DNA of 64,000 nt from Eledone cirrhosa (Eukaryota), in assembly GCA_964016885.1 (NCBI GenBank), contig OZ024755.1:1240001-1304000 (forward strand), in the 5' to 3' direction. A program made the translations under genes and the position numbers. Below, piece by piece: positions 49,225-62,102 of the stretch. Under the pieces are notes generated by a model. The model saw only the letters and a list, made by a program, of their open reading frames with translations. It had not been told where the DNA came from and searched no databases. The first letter of the stretch is position 1. Every line of letters starts with the position of its first letter.

Positions 49225-49273
49225 GTTTAAGCAAAGAATCGCTGCTTTCACCCTTAACGGGATCTTCTGAAAC
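49225..49273 (-). ncRNA. Hammerhead-like motif with one core mutation (CAGAAGA)
   Basis: GUUU-CAGAAGA-U-CCC(GUUAA)GGG-U-GAAAG-CA(GCGAUUCUU)UG-CUU/AAAC; inside a (TA)n-flanked element of about 600 bp (49115-49710). Confidence 0.62.
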
Positions 49274-49735
49274 TAACAAAGTCAATCTGTAAACGCAGAA
49301 CTGGATATTTCAAAAAACGTTGCAACCGGAGGAAGACAGGAAGACGATACTTTGGTTCGTGGTAACGTTCGCTGGCAAAGAACGGGGAAAAACGAACAAT
49401 TACGCGCAAAGACAAAACCACGTTTATGGTATAAAAGAGGTCGTAGACTAATGTTCTCTTAGGTGGTGCATAGAGACGTTCTCTGGCAATGAACGAAAAA
49501 ACGAAGATAATAAGTCATATGTGGAGCGTGGAGAACAAAAGCACGCAAAGTCAAACCACGTAAATGGTATAGCAGAAGTCACGATTGAGGACCGATTAAG
49601 TTAGATCGCAGATATAAAAGACAGCGAGAAGCGAAGACCAACCAAACAGTGAGTGTGTTCTGTTATTAATTCTGGCAATATTACACAAATATGACCCTCC
49701 CCAAGTATAACTATATATATATATATATATATATA

Positions 49736-50285
49736 CGGGACGGCAAAAGGCCAGACGGTGGCAAACCCCTCGTCTGGGATGCCACTTGCAGCGACACTTT
49801 CACCAGCTGCAACCTGGTGCAGTCTGCGACTAATCCAGGTTTGGCTGCACGTCGGGCTGAGGAGGCCAAACTCTCCAAGTACCGGTCGCTCACCGACAGG
49901 TTCGCGGTTGTGCCCTTGGCAGTGGAGATTTCTGGTGCCCTTGGCCCTAGAGCTACCTCCCTATTCACCACCATAGGCGCTGAGCTGGCCAGCCACAGGT
50001 GTGAACCTCGCGAGTTGGAATGGCTCTTCCAGCGCATCTCCCTTACCATCCTCCGGGGAAACGCCTTCTCCATCCTGTTCGCCGGGGCTGTGGGGTGGCC
50101 AGCACGTGGGACCCCATTTGCTCACCTTGCAAAGAGATGGGGAGGGCGAGAGAGATGGAGGTGATGACAGTGGGAGTTCAGCTCTTCTACGTTCGGACCA
50201 TATCCTTGTGGTTGTCTTCATTAAGCAGCTAATCTTCCTTTTCTTCTTTGTAAATGTTGGATACATACAAATATAAATTCAAAAT
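49736..50285 (+). mobile_element. CRE-like non-LTR retrotransposon 3' fragment (restriction-like endonuclease domain)
   Basis: Peptide RDGKRPDG..GKPLVWDATCSDT...AEEAKLSKY...VPLAVEISGALGP...LFQRISLTILRGNA; GC-rich; 5'-truncated at (TA)n. Confidence 0.8.
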
Positions 50286-51416
50286 ATATATAAATATATA
50301 TAACAATACATGGCTGTAACCTTTCTCCTTGTTACAACACTCTCATACCACTCAGTCACAAGTATTCACCTATTGTTCTCATGCCAAGTCGAAATACCAA
50401 CTCATTAGTATTTCCAAATATCAACAGTTAGACTTTATATAATAAGAACTTGTTGGTTATTTTAATCTTTATAGGTTTCTAGGAATCTAATGAGTGTTTC
50501 CCAAGTGTATTCACGTCTCGTTCTTGGAACTAATTTTAGTGGCAATTCCTCTCAAAGTACCAACATTATCGTTAATAACGACAGAATCTTCCTTAATATT
50601 CAATTTAAACCAAATTTCATTAGAAATGGCTTTATTCTAGACATTTTATTCCAAATGAATTAAAACTATTCAAAAATGGCAAAACAATTGCTTCCTTCTA
50701 TAATTATATTCTGAACAATACAAAAACCCACCTTTTTACGACAGACACATACAGATGTATGCAGACATATACAGATGTATACAGACGTATATGCAGATGC
50801 ACAATAGAAGCACATATTTAGTATGTGTGTGTGACTAATAACTTTCTATTTTGTGGGACTAATAAATGTCTAGTGTCTGTCTGTCCGTCTTTCTTTCTCT
50901 CTCTCTCTTTCTGTCTCTCTTTCTGTCTGTATTAACAATATGTTTATAGTTCTTTATATTTCACCTTTTCTGCACTATTAAAATCTTGGACATTTTTTTT
51001 AATGTAGTTGTACTTATATAATTATTTTAATAGCTTTTGTTGTGCGTTCTCTTCGTAGGTGGAAATATCAGGATATTTATCTTCTTATGAACAGCTAAGT
51101 AGTTATGAAACATATAAAGGAAATCTCTTGTGTGTGTGTTTATGAAGAGAATAGTAGAACTTTTTCACAGCGAGGCTTATAATATAAAAATGTAGTTCTA
51201 CCTACATTAAATTTACCTCAGATTCTCTAATATATGTTGTGTTGTTCATACATATTCCTTGTTTATTTAATTATGTTGACAGCGAATGTACATTATTCAA
51301 ATCATTCTGGCCATTTCAGATAGGTTCTGGTTTTTGTTTGATATAAATAGCGATTGCTACGTATTTATCTTAGTAGGTGGAAAGATGAGGGTACTTGTCC
51401 TTTGACTGTGAAGACA

Positions 51417-51540
51417 ATAATAATTGTTTCTACTTTTGGCACAAGGCCAGCAATTACCCAGTGTATTACTGGTACTTTATTTTATCAACCCCGTAAGGAT
51501 GAAAGGCAAAGTTAACCTTGGCGGGATTTGAACTCAGAGG
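51417..51540 (-). mobile_element. Nin-domain SINE fragment
   Basis: Reverse complement of the core and tail. Confidence 0.87.
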
Positions 51541-51624
51541 TGAACTTTGTGTTCAAATCCCGTGTTGGTGTCTTGTATCCATAACTTCTGGTGGAGTCGT
51601 ATGTGTCGCCGTGACATACAGCAT

Positions 51625-51741
51625 GTGTGTGTGTATATATAAATATGTGCGTGTGTATGTGTGAGTATATATATATGTGTGTTTGTGTATATATATATAT
51701 ATAAATATGTGTGAGTATATATATATATATGTGTTTGTGTG

Positions 51742-51777
<36 letters not shown>

Positions 51778-51957
51778 AGTATATATATATGTGTTTGTGT
51801 ATATATATATATATATAAATATGTGTGTGTATATATATATGTGTGTGTATATATATGTGTGTGTATATATATATGTGTTTGTGTGTATATATATATGTTT
51901 GTGTGTATATATATATATATATATGTGTGTGTGTGAGTATATATATGTGTTTGTGTG

Positions 51958-51989
<32 letters not shown>

Positions 51990-52068
51990 AGTATATATAT
52001 GTGTTTGTGTGTATATGTATATAAATGTGTGTGTGTGTGAGTATATATATATATGTGTATATGTATAT

Positions 52069-52127
<59 letters not shown>
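51625..52127. repeat. (TG)/(TA) compound microsatellite
   Basis: Direct reading. Confidence 0.95.
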
Positions 52128-52131
<4 letters not shown>

Positions 52132-53211
52132 GAAACCTTATTGCTATTCTCCCACCAATGTAAGGACGACCATCAGAAGAATATCAAGAATGGAGAAACT
52201 CTCCTTTAATCTCGTTAGGCAGACATATTGTCGTCTCTTTAATTCTCTCTCTATTAAAGCCTGATGCTACCAACACACATACTTAGATATCTCTATCTCT
52301 CCCTCTCTCCCCTCTCTTTCCCTCTCCCCTCTCTTTCCCTCTCCCCTCTCTTTCTCTCTCCCCTCTCTTTCTCTCCCCTCTCCCCTCTCTTTCTCTCCCC
52401 TCTCTTTCTCTCCCCTCTCTTTCTCTCCCCTCTCTTTCTCTCCCCTCTCCCCTCTCTTTCTCTCTCCCCCTCTCTTTCTCTCCCCATATCTCTCTTTCTC
52501 TCCCCATATCTCTCTTTCTCTCTCTCTCCCCCCTATCTCTCTTTCTCTCTCTCTCCCCCTTTGGTAATGGAGTACTTATATTTTGTGTTGTTCACTTTCT
52601 AATTAAATAGCTCTGTTCCATACATAGAGCACTCTTTTTTCCTTGGCTTTTCCTTCGGAATTACCTAACACACACACACACACACACATATATATATGCA
52701 AAAATCAGTGTTGTTTGTAATGTTCAGGTGTGGACGTTCCTATATCCCTGGGGTGGTACACTGCTGGTTATGACTTTACAGTGAATTAACAGCAGACAGC
52801 AAACCTTATACATGGTTTAAATAAATAAATCTTTATCTTCTATCTATCCCACGTTAATGTGACGACTATCCAATATGGTTGACCTTTTCCAATTAAATAT
52901 TGATCAGATATTGACATTGATACTTCATTAGACATATTGGCTATCTAGCTAAATAAAAAAAATAAATCAATAATTTACAAATTGCTTCTGAAACAAAGAA
53001 GAACTCTAGAAATATCTAATATCTATTAAAACATTAGCTCTGAAAATATTGAACTGCTCTCTGATATACTCTCATATACTCTCATATATACACTGAGATA
53101 TACTCTCAGTGTATATACTCTCAGATATACAATATTTACACTATGTACACCCATTCTTATATATATCGTGATTTGAACTCGGGAATTTTATATTCTCCGA
53201 GCGAGAAGAAG

Positions 53212-53289
53212 CCTCTGATGAGTCTTCCTTTTCAATAGATTTCCAATGGATTATCCATTTATTTTGAGACTTGAAACCGTCCGGTCAGG
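53212..53289 (+). ncRNA. Hammerhead ribozyme with extended helix II
   Basis: CCU-CUGAUGA-GUCUU(39 nt containing the hairpin AAUGGA/UCCAUU)GAGAC-UU-GAAAC-CG(UC)CG-GUC/AGG. Confidence 0.68.
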
Positions 53290-53329
53290 GTAGTTACAGC
53301 AGGTACAGTGGACTTTTTAAAATTTATTT

Positions 53330-53358
53330 TAAAACTTTTTCTTATTTGCTAAACCTTG

Positions 53359-53394
<36 letters not shown>

Positions 53395-53422
53395 CAAGGT
53401 TTAGCAAATAAGAAAAAGTTTT
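53330..53422. repeat. Palindrome centred on a (TA)n tract
   Basis: aaaactttttcttatttgctaaaccttgat-(TA)n-atcaaggtttagcaaataagaaaaagtttt. Confidence 0.9.
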
Positions 53423-54022
53423 ATATATATATATATATAAACATGAGAAGAATGAATACTGCGTGGTTGCACATGGGTTACATATGATAAAAATAGTCCT
53501 TCATCAGTTATTTTCCAACCTTCATTGGTATTTCATCGCTTTAAAAATCATATACCTCCAGTTGATGCGAGCAATAGCTAAATAAAGCTATTGGGACAAG
53601 TAAACAAACATAGAAGGATAGCAGTGCAAAGATAGGAAAAAACAAGGACATGGGAATCCGATCAGCTTAAGCTGTGTGGATTTCATGAGTGAGAGACAAC
53701 AGACCGTCCGACGCAAGTGAGGTGTGAGCAAGAAAGGACCCCACTTCAGGTCAAACGGGAGGAAGTGAGAAGGGGAGAAGTAGAGAGTGTCTGAGTGGAA
53801 GTGCGAGGAAGAGGCCAGTCGAGAGAAAGTGTAACTGACAGAGGGGGCGAAAGAAGGTGAGAGAAACAGAGAGAGGGGGGAAGCAGGGGTTAAATAGCGA
53901 GTATTGCTATTCTGGAGTTTCACCTGCGCACTTATAGGGTCATCAGGTAAGATATATACACACATACAGAGACACACACAGACATCCACACACACACACA
54001 CACACACAGACATCTACACACA

Positions 54023-54076
<54 letters not shown>

Positions 54077-54334
54077 TCCACACACACACACACACACAGA
54101 GACACGCACATACACCTACCCACCCACACAGACACACACACACCCACACCCACATACACACAGACACACACACACACAGCAACCCACACACCCACACCCA
54201 CACACACCCACACCCACACACACACACATACATATATATGTGAGGCCTGGGTTCAATCAGGGTTGACCGCAGTGAAGTACTCAATACATTAGAGTGTAAA
54301 CAACATTCTGGCCTCACAGAAAGAAGTGTGTATG

Positions 54335-54545
54335 TATGTATATGTGAGAGTATGCTATGTATGTATGTGTATATGTGAGAGAGTATGCTATGTATGTATG
54401 TGTATATGTGAGAGAGTATGCTATGTATGTATGTGTATATGTGAGAGAGTATGCTATGTATGTATGTGTATATGTGAGAGAGTATGCTATGTATGTATGT
54501 GTATATGTGAGAGAGTATGCTATGTATGTATGTGTATATGTGAGT
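54335..54545. repeat. 33-bp minisatellite, about 6 copies
   Basis: Unit gagagtatgctatgtatgtatgtgtatatgtga. Confidence 0.93.
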
Positions 54546-54619
54546 GTGTCAGACTAGAATGTCATGAAGCAACAGATACCAATTCCTGAAGACAACTAAT
54601 CACAAATATATATCCACTA

Positions 54620-54907
54620 CTTATATATACACTACATATATATATATACACACTACATAAATACATATATATATACACTACATAAATACATATATATACA
54701 CACTACATAAATACATATATATATACACACTACATAAATACATATATATATACACTACATAAATACATATATATACACACTACATAAATACATATATATA
54801 TACACTACATAAATACATATATGTTTATACACTACATAAATATATATATATATACACTACATAAATACATATATATATATACTACATAAATATTTATATA
54901 CACTACT
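54620..54907. repeat. Minisatellite of about 30 bp (acactacataaatacatatatat)
   Basis: Direct reading. Confidence 0.9.
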
Positions 54908-55384
54908 TGTAAAATATTCTTTTTTAATTCCTTACACCGATTGAGCATAATTTATTGATGTAAATGTACTTTAAAACTAGATTTCTGCATAAATTCATAC
55001 ATCTAAATCTTTTTGCTAAATAAAGTTAAGTTATACTGGCAGCTTAAATTGGTATTTGACGCCATTTGCATAAACAGGAATATAAAAGTATGTTTACTGA
55101 ATTGAACATTAGACAGCTAAAATACATTGACATATACAGTAGAAGAGGAAAATATCAGTGTTATCAGTTTGATTTTTTTCTTCGGCTATATATGCTAGCG
55201 TGGAAAATGGACGTTAAACGATGATGATATATATCGAGAGAGAGATGGGGGACTACAATGTCCAATGTATCCTTCATTTTTTAAGACTGTAGACTATGTT
55301 CTGATGGAGATTTGACTACTATGTGTAGCATGTCAAGCAACCACATATAAAAGATCCAACCTTGGTTCTTGTTCAATATTTTAT

Positions 55385-55575
55385 ATAATTGTTTCTACTT
55401 TAGGCACAAGGCCAGCAATTACCCAGTACATTACTGGTACTTTATTTTATCGACCCCGTAAGAATGAAAGGCAAAGTCAACCTCGGCGGGATTTGAACTC
55501 AGATCATAAAGGGACGTAACTCTGCTGGAAAGCATGTCCAACCCTCTACTGATACTGCCAATCCACCGCCCTAAC
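55385..55575 (-). mobile_element. Full-length Nin-domain SINE continuous with a 45-bp array
   Basis: Tail, Nin core, B box and head, all reverse-complemented. Confidence 0.88.
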
Positions 55576-56868
55576 ATGGCGTCCAACCCTCTACCGATAC
55601 TGCCAATCCACCGCCCTATCATGGCGTCCGACCCTCTACCGATACTGCCAATCCACCGCCCTAACATGGCGTCCAACCCTCTACCGATACTGCCAATCCA
55701 CCACCCTATCATGGCGTCCAACCCTCTACCGATACTGCCAATCCACCGCCCTAACATGGCGTCCAACCCTCTACCGATACTGCCAATCCACTGCCCTATC
55801 ATGGCGTCCAACCCTCTACCGATACTGCCAATCCACCACCCTATCATGGCGTCCAACCCTCTACCGATACTGCCAATCCACCACCCTATCATGGCGTCCG
55901 ACCCTCTACCGATACTGCCAATCCACCACCCTATCATGGCGTCCGACCCTCTACCGATACTGCCAATCCACCACCCTATCATGGCGTCCAACCCTCTACC
56001 GATACTGCCAATCCACCGCCCTAACATGGCGTCCAACCCTCTACCGATACTGCCAATCCACTGCCCTATCATGGCGTCCAACCCTCTACCGATACTGCCA
56101 ATCCACCACCCTATCATGGCGTCCAACCCTCTACCGATACTGCCAATCCACCACCCTATCATGGCGTCCGACCCTCTACCGATACTGCCAATCCACCGCC
56201 CTAGCATAGCGTCCGACCCTCTACTGATACTGCCAATCCACCGCCCTATCATGGCGTCTGACCCTCTACCGATACTGCCAATCCACCGCCCTATCATGGC
56301 GTCTGACCCTCTACCGATACTGCCAATCCACCGCCCTATCATGGCGTCTGACCCTCTACCGATACTGCCAATCCACCGCCCTATCATGGCGTCTGACCCT
56401 CTACCGATACTGCCAATCCACCGCCCTATCATGGCGTCTGACCCTCTACCGATACTGCCAATCCACCGCCCTATCATGGCGTCTGACCCTCTACCGATAC
56501 TGCCAATCCACCGCCCTATCATGGCGTCTGACCCTCTACCGATACTGCCAATCCACCGCCCTATCATGGCGTCTGACCCTCTACCGATACTGCCAATCCA
56601 CCGCCCTATCATGGCGTCTGACCCTCTACTGATACTGCCAATCCACCGCCCTATCATGGCGTCTGATCCTCTACCGATACTGCCAATCCACTGCCCTATC
56701 ATGGCGTCTGACCCTCTACCGATACTGCCAATCCACCGCCCTATCATGGCGTCTGACCCTCTACCGATACTGCCAATCCACCGCCCTATCATGGCGTCTG
56801 ACCCTCTACCGATACTGCCAATCCACCGCCCTATCATGGCGTCTGACCCTCTACTGATACTGCCAATT
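55533..56868 (-). repeat. 45-bp satellite, about 30 copies, derived from the SINE 5' head
   Basis: Unit atggcgtc(c/t)gaccctctaccgatactgccaatccaccgccctatc closely matches the SINE head at 42068-42110. Confidence 0.95.
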
Positions 56869-57142
56869 CATATAATCAAGGTGTATAAGAGTCAGCAGTG
56901 AAACAAAATCAGTTTTCACATCATCAGCAATAGAAAGCTTGGTTCTATTTATATCTTGTGTATAAAATAATGACTATGAGGTGTAAAATGATAGCAGAAC
57001 AAACGGTGGAAGTGAATTTATTCTCAGAGTTCTATACTCTGCCACTAAGAAAACAATATATTTCAAAACAGATAAACGCAAAGTAATACTAAAAGTACAA
57101 TAAACTTCTGTAGTTCTTGTTCAACATAAATGTTTGACATTT

Positions 57143-57250
57143 TGATAAAATAAAATACCAGTAATTCACTGAGGTCGATTTAATCGACTTTCCCCTCCTC
57201 CAAAATTGATGGCCTTGTGCCAAAAGTAGAAACAATTATTATTATTATTA
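57143..57250 (+). mobile_element. Nin-domain SINE 3' fragment
   Basis: gataaaataaaataccagtaa...gtagaaacaattattatt. Confidence 0.82.
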
Positions 57251-57442
57251 GAATTTCCTTGATTATTTCTTCTGTTCATTTCCTTTTTTTTTTCTTTTTT
57301 GTATATAACAGTTTCTGCTGATAGAATGAGAGATAAGACTTAGTGACTCTTCTTTTAATGTAATACAGCTTATCTATAAAGTATATGTAAGAAACTCTTA
57401 TATATATACCTACACACACACACACATATATATATATGTGGT

Positions 57443-57640
57443 TGGTAGAATTACACTTGTGCTACACTGTTAGCTGGTAGAATTACACTTGTGGTACACT
57501 GTTAGCTGGTAGAATTACAACTATGCTACACTGTTGGTCGGTAGAATTACACTTGTGGTACACTGCTGGTTGGTAGAATTACACTTGTGGTACACTGTTA
57601 GCTGGTAGAATTACACTTATGGTACACTAGTGGTTGGTAC
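57443..57640. repeat. 32-bp minisatellite, about 6 copies
   Basis: Unit tggtagaattacacttgtggtacactgttagc. Confidence 0.9.
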
Positions 57641-58115
57641 AGCTGAGATATGCCATCTAGCTATGGGCGTAGATTTAGCACTCACCCCCTTTCTCCTACC
57701 CACCTCCTTTTTTACTTTGTTTTCTTTTTGTCATCCATAAATTCTAAATAGAATCGTGTCAACAATATAGATGAGGTTCTAATGAGTTTCCCTCGTGACA
57801 CAAAAGCCCGTAAAACTTGGTCAGTTCCAGCCCTTCTCCTTCCCACACCGAAATGAAGCCTTACTGATAGTCTAAAGAAATCAGTATTTTGATAAATGAG
57901 TAAGAAAACTTGAAATTATCTGGTAGAAGTATATTATCCATTTTGTAGGAATTATAGCGGCAACTAGGCTAGAAGAGATAACAATAGTATTGGATTGAAA
58001 TATGAGTGGGGGAGGGGGTATGGAGAGAGATAGAGAGGTGGGAGATAAATAGATAGCTAGAGAGAGAGAGGAGGGGTGACAGATAGAGAGAGAGAGAGAT
58101 TAAGAACAATAGAGG

Positions 58116-58164
<49 letters not shown>

Positions 58165-58264
58165 AAAATAAGATAAATTATTGATGAGTTCATGAATACA
58201 ACAGAGTAAACATTTTTCAAACAATAACAATGGAAGATAACAGAAATACTGAGACATTGTCTTG

Positions 58265-58545
58265 TATAATTGTTTCTATTTTTGGCACAAGGCCAGCAAT
58301 TACCCCAGTGGATTACTGGTACTTTATTTCATAAACCCCCGTAAGGATGAAAGGCAAAGTTAACCTCAGTGGGATTTGAACTCAGAACATAGAGGGATGT
58401 AACTCGATGCTGCAAAGCATGGGTGTCTGATGCTCTACCGACACTGCCAATTGATAGATAGTGTCTTGGTCTATATAGTGTAATTGTTTCTACTTTTGGC
58501 ACAATGCCAGAAATTACCCAGTACATTACTGGTACTTTATTACTG
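58265..58545 (-). mobile_element. Nin-domain SINE plus an adjacent 3' fragment
   Basis: Reverse complement of core, head and a second tail. Confidence 0.85.
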
Positions 58546-59164
58546 GTCTATATAATGTAATGTGGAATAGACGTGGAACAGATGTCATCCTAACAGATGA
58601 AGGATTAATCAATGAAATTAGCTTCTAGAGTTTGGGAATTGTGAGAATATAATGGACATTGTAGTGGACATTGTAGTGGACATTGGTTGAATTGAAACTA
58701 TATTTTAGTTGGATTAATATTATGATGTATGGTTGTGGATAGTGGACAGTGACAGACGTTGCTCCAGATGTCAGTAGTAAGGACGGCTTCTCCAGATGTC
58801 AATATTAAGGGCTGTTTCTCCAGATGTCAGTATTAAGGGCCGTTTCACCTAAAACTTACTGCTGTATTAGTACACCTTCCAAAATTACTCATACCCCAAC
58901 CTTCACTCTCCAAAATAAATATTTGTATAAAAAGATGGAAGAGATAGAGAAATTATTAATCTTTCTTTCTTCGGCCAAGTTTACACTCGCAAAGATTCAG
59001 CATGCTTTCTTCTATTGTCCCGGTCGAGCGTGACATTTCTCAGTTCATCTAACTTTTAATAAGTGCAGACATGGCTAAAGATTGGTTTTGCAATTATGTG
59101 GTTTCGGTTTTAATCCCACTGTGTGACACTTTAGGTGTCTTCTACAATAGAAACAGGGTTGACC

Positions 59165-59535
59165 CCTGAGCACCTTTTTGATTTCCATGTGTCTAACACC
59201 TGTATACATGACTACAAAGTCAGAAAACAGCACAGCTCCTATGACTATCAGAAACGTTTTTTCACACTCAGAGTTGCTGAAGCATGGAACAAACTCTCTG
59301 CATCAGTTTTTAGCTGTCGAGACACTGCATCCTTTAAAACCTCCATACTGCTTGAAATTCACCAACACTACACCTAATATTCCCCCTCCATACACAAGCA
59401 CACATGTATATCATGACTCATACACTGTTCATTTTCTTGACATTTGTACATTATTCTATGTACTATACATGCACCTTTGGTGAGTTGTAGTGCACCTGAG
59501 CACTGTACACAATAATTTCATTATTACTATTATTA
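59165..59535 (+). mobile_element. CR1/L2-clade LINE 3' end, probably nested in an older SINE (about 59065-59760)
   Basis: Peptide HDYKVRKQHSSYDYQKRFFTLRVAEAWNKL...ASFK is typical of the CR1 C-terminus (FF..RV...WN.L); (att)n tail. Confidence 0.75.
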
Positions 59536-60108
59536 TCTTGGAAAGGAAATCTGGTTGACAGAATCTGTGTGGAAACCCATCATATGTGTCTGTGGATGTG
59601 TCGACGTAACCTGGCAGTTCAACAAAGGGAGATCGATAAAATATGTAGCAGACTTGAAAAAGAATAAGTAATGGCTTTTAAGGCTTTTATTGCTTGATTA
59701 AATCCTTTCGGAGTATTGTCCCAGAATGTCTGAAATCTAATGACTGAATCAAGTAAAAGAACTTTTGTTTAAATTCTGTGCATGCTGCAGTGGATCTCTC
59801 ACAGTATATCGATTATGGTTGTAGGATATTAGATATTTAGCAGAGATCAATAAATTCAGCAATTTCTTGTGATGTTCCACAACACCACAGCAGTACAGGC
59901 TACAATGGCAGCTATTTTATCCAAAATAGAATATAATCACATCCATGGAGCAAATTACGATCTTGAAATGGAAATAAATCAAAAACCACGCTAGGAATAT
60001 TCTTTCTATATTTCATACATAAATATGGCAGCTGGCTCCTTTGATTTATCTGCCATATCTCATCCAGTAAATAGCTCTGCTATATATATATATGTGTGTG
60101 TGTATGAG

Positions 60109-60145
<37 letters not shown>

Positions 60146-60220
60146 GTGTGTGTGTATATGAGTATATATATATATATCTCATCCAGTAAATAGGTATACT
60201 ATATATATATATATATATAT

Positions 60221-60868
60221 ATACGTGAACGGCAAAGCATAAACGAACTAAGGAAAAAATTAGAGATAAGAGGGATCAGATGTTGTTTACTCGAGAGAAG
60301 GCTGCGTTGGTATGGACACGTGATGCGCATGAAAGTCGATAGCTGTATAACAAAGTGCAGGGCAATAAAGATAGACGGTAGCCACGGAATAGGCAGACCT
60401 AGAAAAGCATGGGATGAGCTGATAAACTCCGACCTCACACACTTACACCTCTCCAAGACAATGTCACTGGACCGAGACCTTTGGCGGTACTCAGTAACAG
60501 AGAAGACCCGCCTTGCCAGTAGGCATCTCTAACAAAATACACCCCGTCCCGCCACCACCCCCACCCCATCCACACCACCCCGTTCTATGTAAAGTTATGT
60601 TGGTGCCGCGCCATCCAGGCCGAAACAAATGAGATCGTGTAGGTGTCACGACAAAAAAACACACAGTCCACGCTGTAATGTGGCCGTGTAGGCAACACGG
60701 TAAAAACCTCCCAGACCCACACTGTAAATGTGGTTGGTGTTAGGAAGGGCATCCAACTGTAGAAAACCTGCCAGACAGTCCTATGCGAGCTTGCCTCAAG
60801 TGGGACTACCCCCGTCCAAACCCATGCAAGCGTGGAACACGGACGTTAAACGTTGATGATGATGATGA
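60221..60868 (+). mobile_element. RTE-clade LINE 3' fragment, near-identical to 4793-5492
   Basis: RRLRWYGHVMRM...GRPRKAW peptide and (gat)n tail. Confidence 0.9.
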
Positions 60869-61104
60869 TATCTCATCCAGTAAATAGGTATACTATATAT
60901 ATATATATATATATATATCTCATCCAGTAAATAGGTATACTATATATATATATATCTATCTCATCCAGTAAATAGGTATACTATATATATATATATCTCA
61001 TCCAGTAAATAGGTATACTATATATATATATATATATCTCATCCAGTAAATAGGTATACTATATATATATATAGTATACCTATTTACTGGATGAGATATT
61101 ATAT

Positions 61105-61136
<32 letters not shown>

Positions 61137-61175
61137 AGTATATGTATATTATATCTCATCCAGTAAATAGCTCTG

Positions 61176-61211
<36 letters not shown>

Positions 61212-61579
61212 GTGTGTGTGTATATGTATATCACATCTCATCAAGTATAGCTCTGCTATATATATTTATATATTTGTGTGTGTGAGTATATGTATATCAT
61301 ATCTCATCCGGTAATAGCTCTGCTATACATATATATGTATCCCATAGCTCTACAGGTAGCCATTACATATCACGCTATGTCTCCCTGTTTCTGTCTCTCT
61401 ATTTTATTCATCATCATCATTTCATTTTACGTCCACTTTTCCCTGCTTGCAAGGGTGGGACGGGAACTGATTCTGGCTTGATTTCTACAGCAGGATGCCC
61501 TTCCTAACACCAACCTCATTTATAGTGAGTGCTGGGTGCCTTTTTGCCGTGGAATGATAGGGACTGGGGTCCCTATCAT

Positions 61580-61724
61580 CTCATTTCTACAGCTGAGTAA
61601 ACTGGAGCAACGTGAAATAAAGTGTCTTGCTCAAGGAAACAACACATCACCTGGTCTGAGAATTGAACTCACAACCTTTCAATTGCAAGGCCAATGCTCT
61701 AACCACTAAGCCATGTGCCTCCAC
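61580..61724 (-). mobile_element. tRNA-headed CORE/MIR-like SINE
   Basis: Minus strand has A box tggcttagtgg, B box gagttcaattc, then ccttgagcaagacactttatttcac...ccagtttactcagctgta. Confidence 0.75.
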
Positions 61725-62088
61725 CTCTCTTTTTTTTCCTATCATCGACACCACAACTTCTTTTTCCTCTCCCATTTCATATCATCGACACCACAACCAC
61801 TTTATGTCCGGTGACAGCAGTTTTTATCGTGGCCCCTACATGACCACTTTACAGGCTCGACTGGGCACTGTGTATCCAGTTTAGAATAGGTACACCATGT
61901 CCTTGCATGTTGTAAGAAGTGACTAAAAGTGTTAGTGTCAGGAAAGCCCTTCAGCTGTAAAACATTACCTCAAAAAGTTGTCCAACCCATGCCAACATGA
62001 TGATGATATAGCAGAAATATGCCAGTTAAATTTATACTTTTTAAAATAAATGAAAAATGACAAAAAAAATATAATTATCATACAAAAT

Positions 62089-62094
62089 TTTATT
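62089..62094 (-). promoter_or_regulatory. Putative polyadenylation signal (AATAAA) of SSR4
   Basis: tttatt on + strand, 8 nt after the stop codon, followed by T-rich sequence on the minus strand. Confidence 0.6.
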
Positions 62095-62102
62095 AGATCC
62101 AA

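Noticed and set aside
55431-56901. 455-aa and 468-aa repeat ORFs
   Set aside because: They arise from a 45-bp SINE-derived unit that is divisible by three and open on both strands.
61650-61724. tRNA-like sequence with A and B boxes
   Set aside because: It continues directly into a CORE-like SINE body and lacks a proper acceptor stem, so it is a SINE head and not a tRNA gene.
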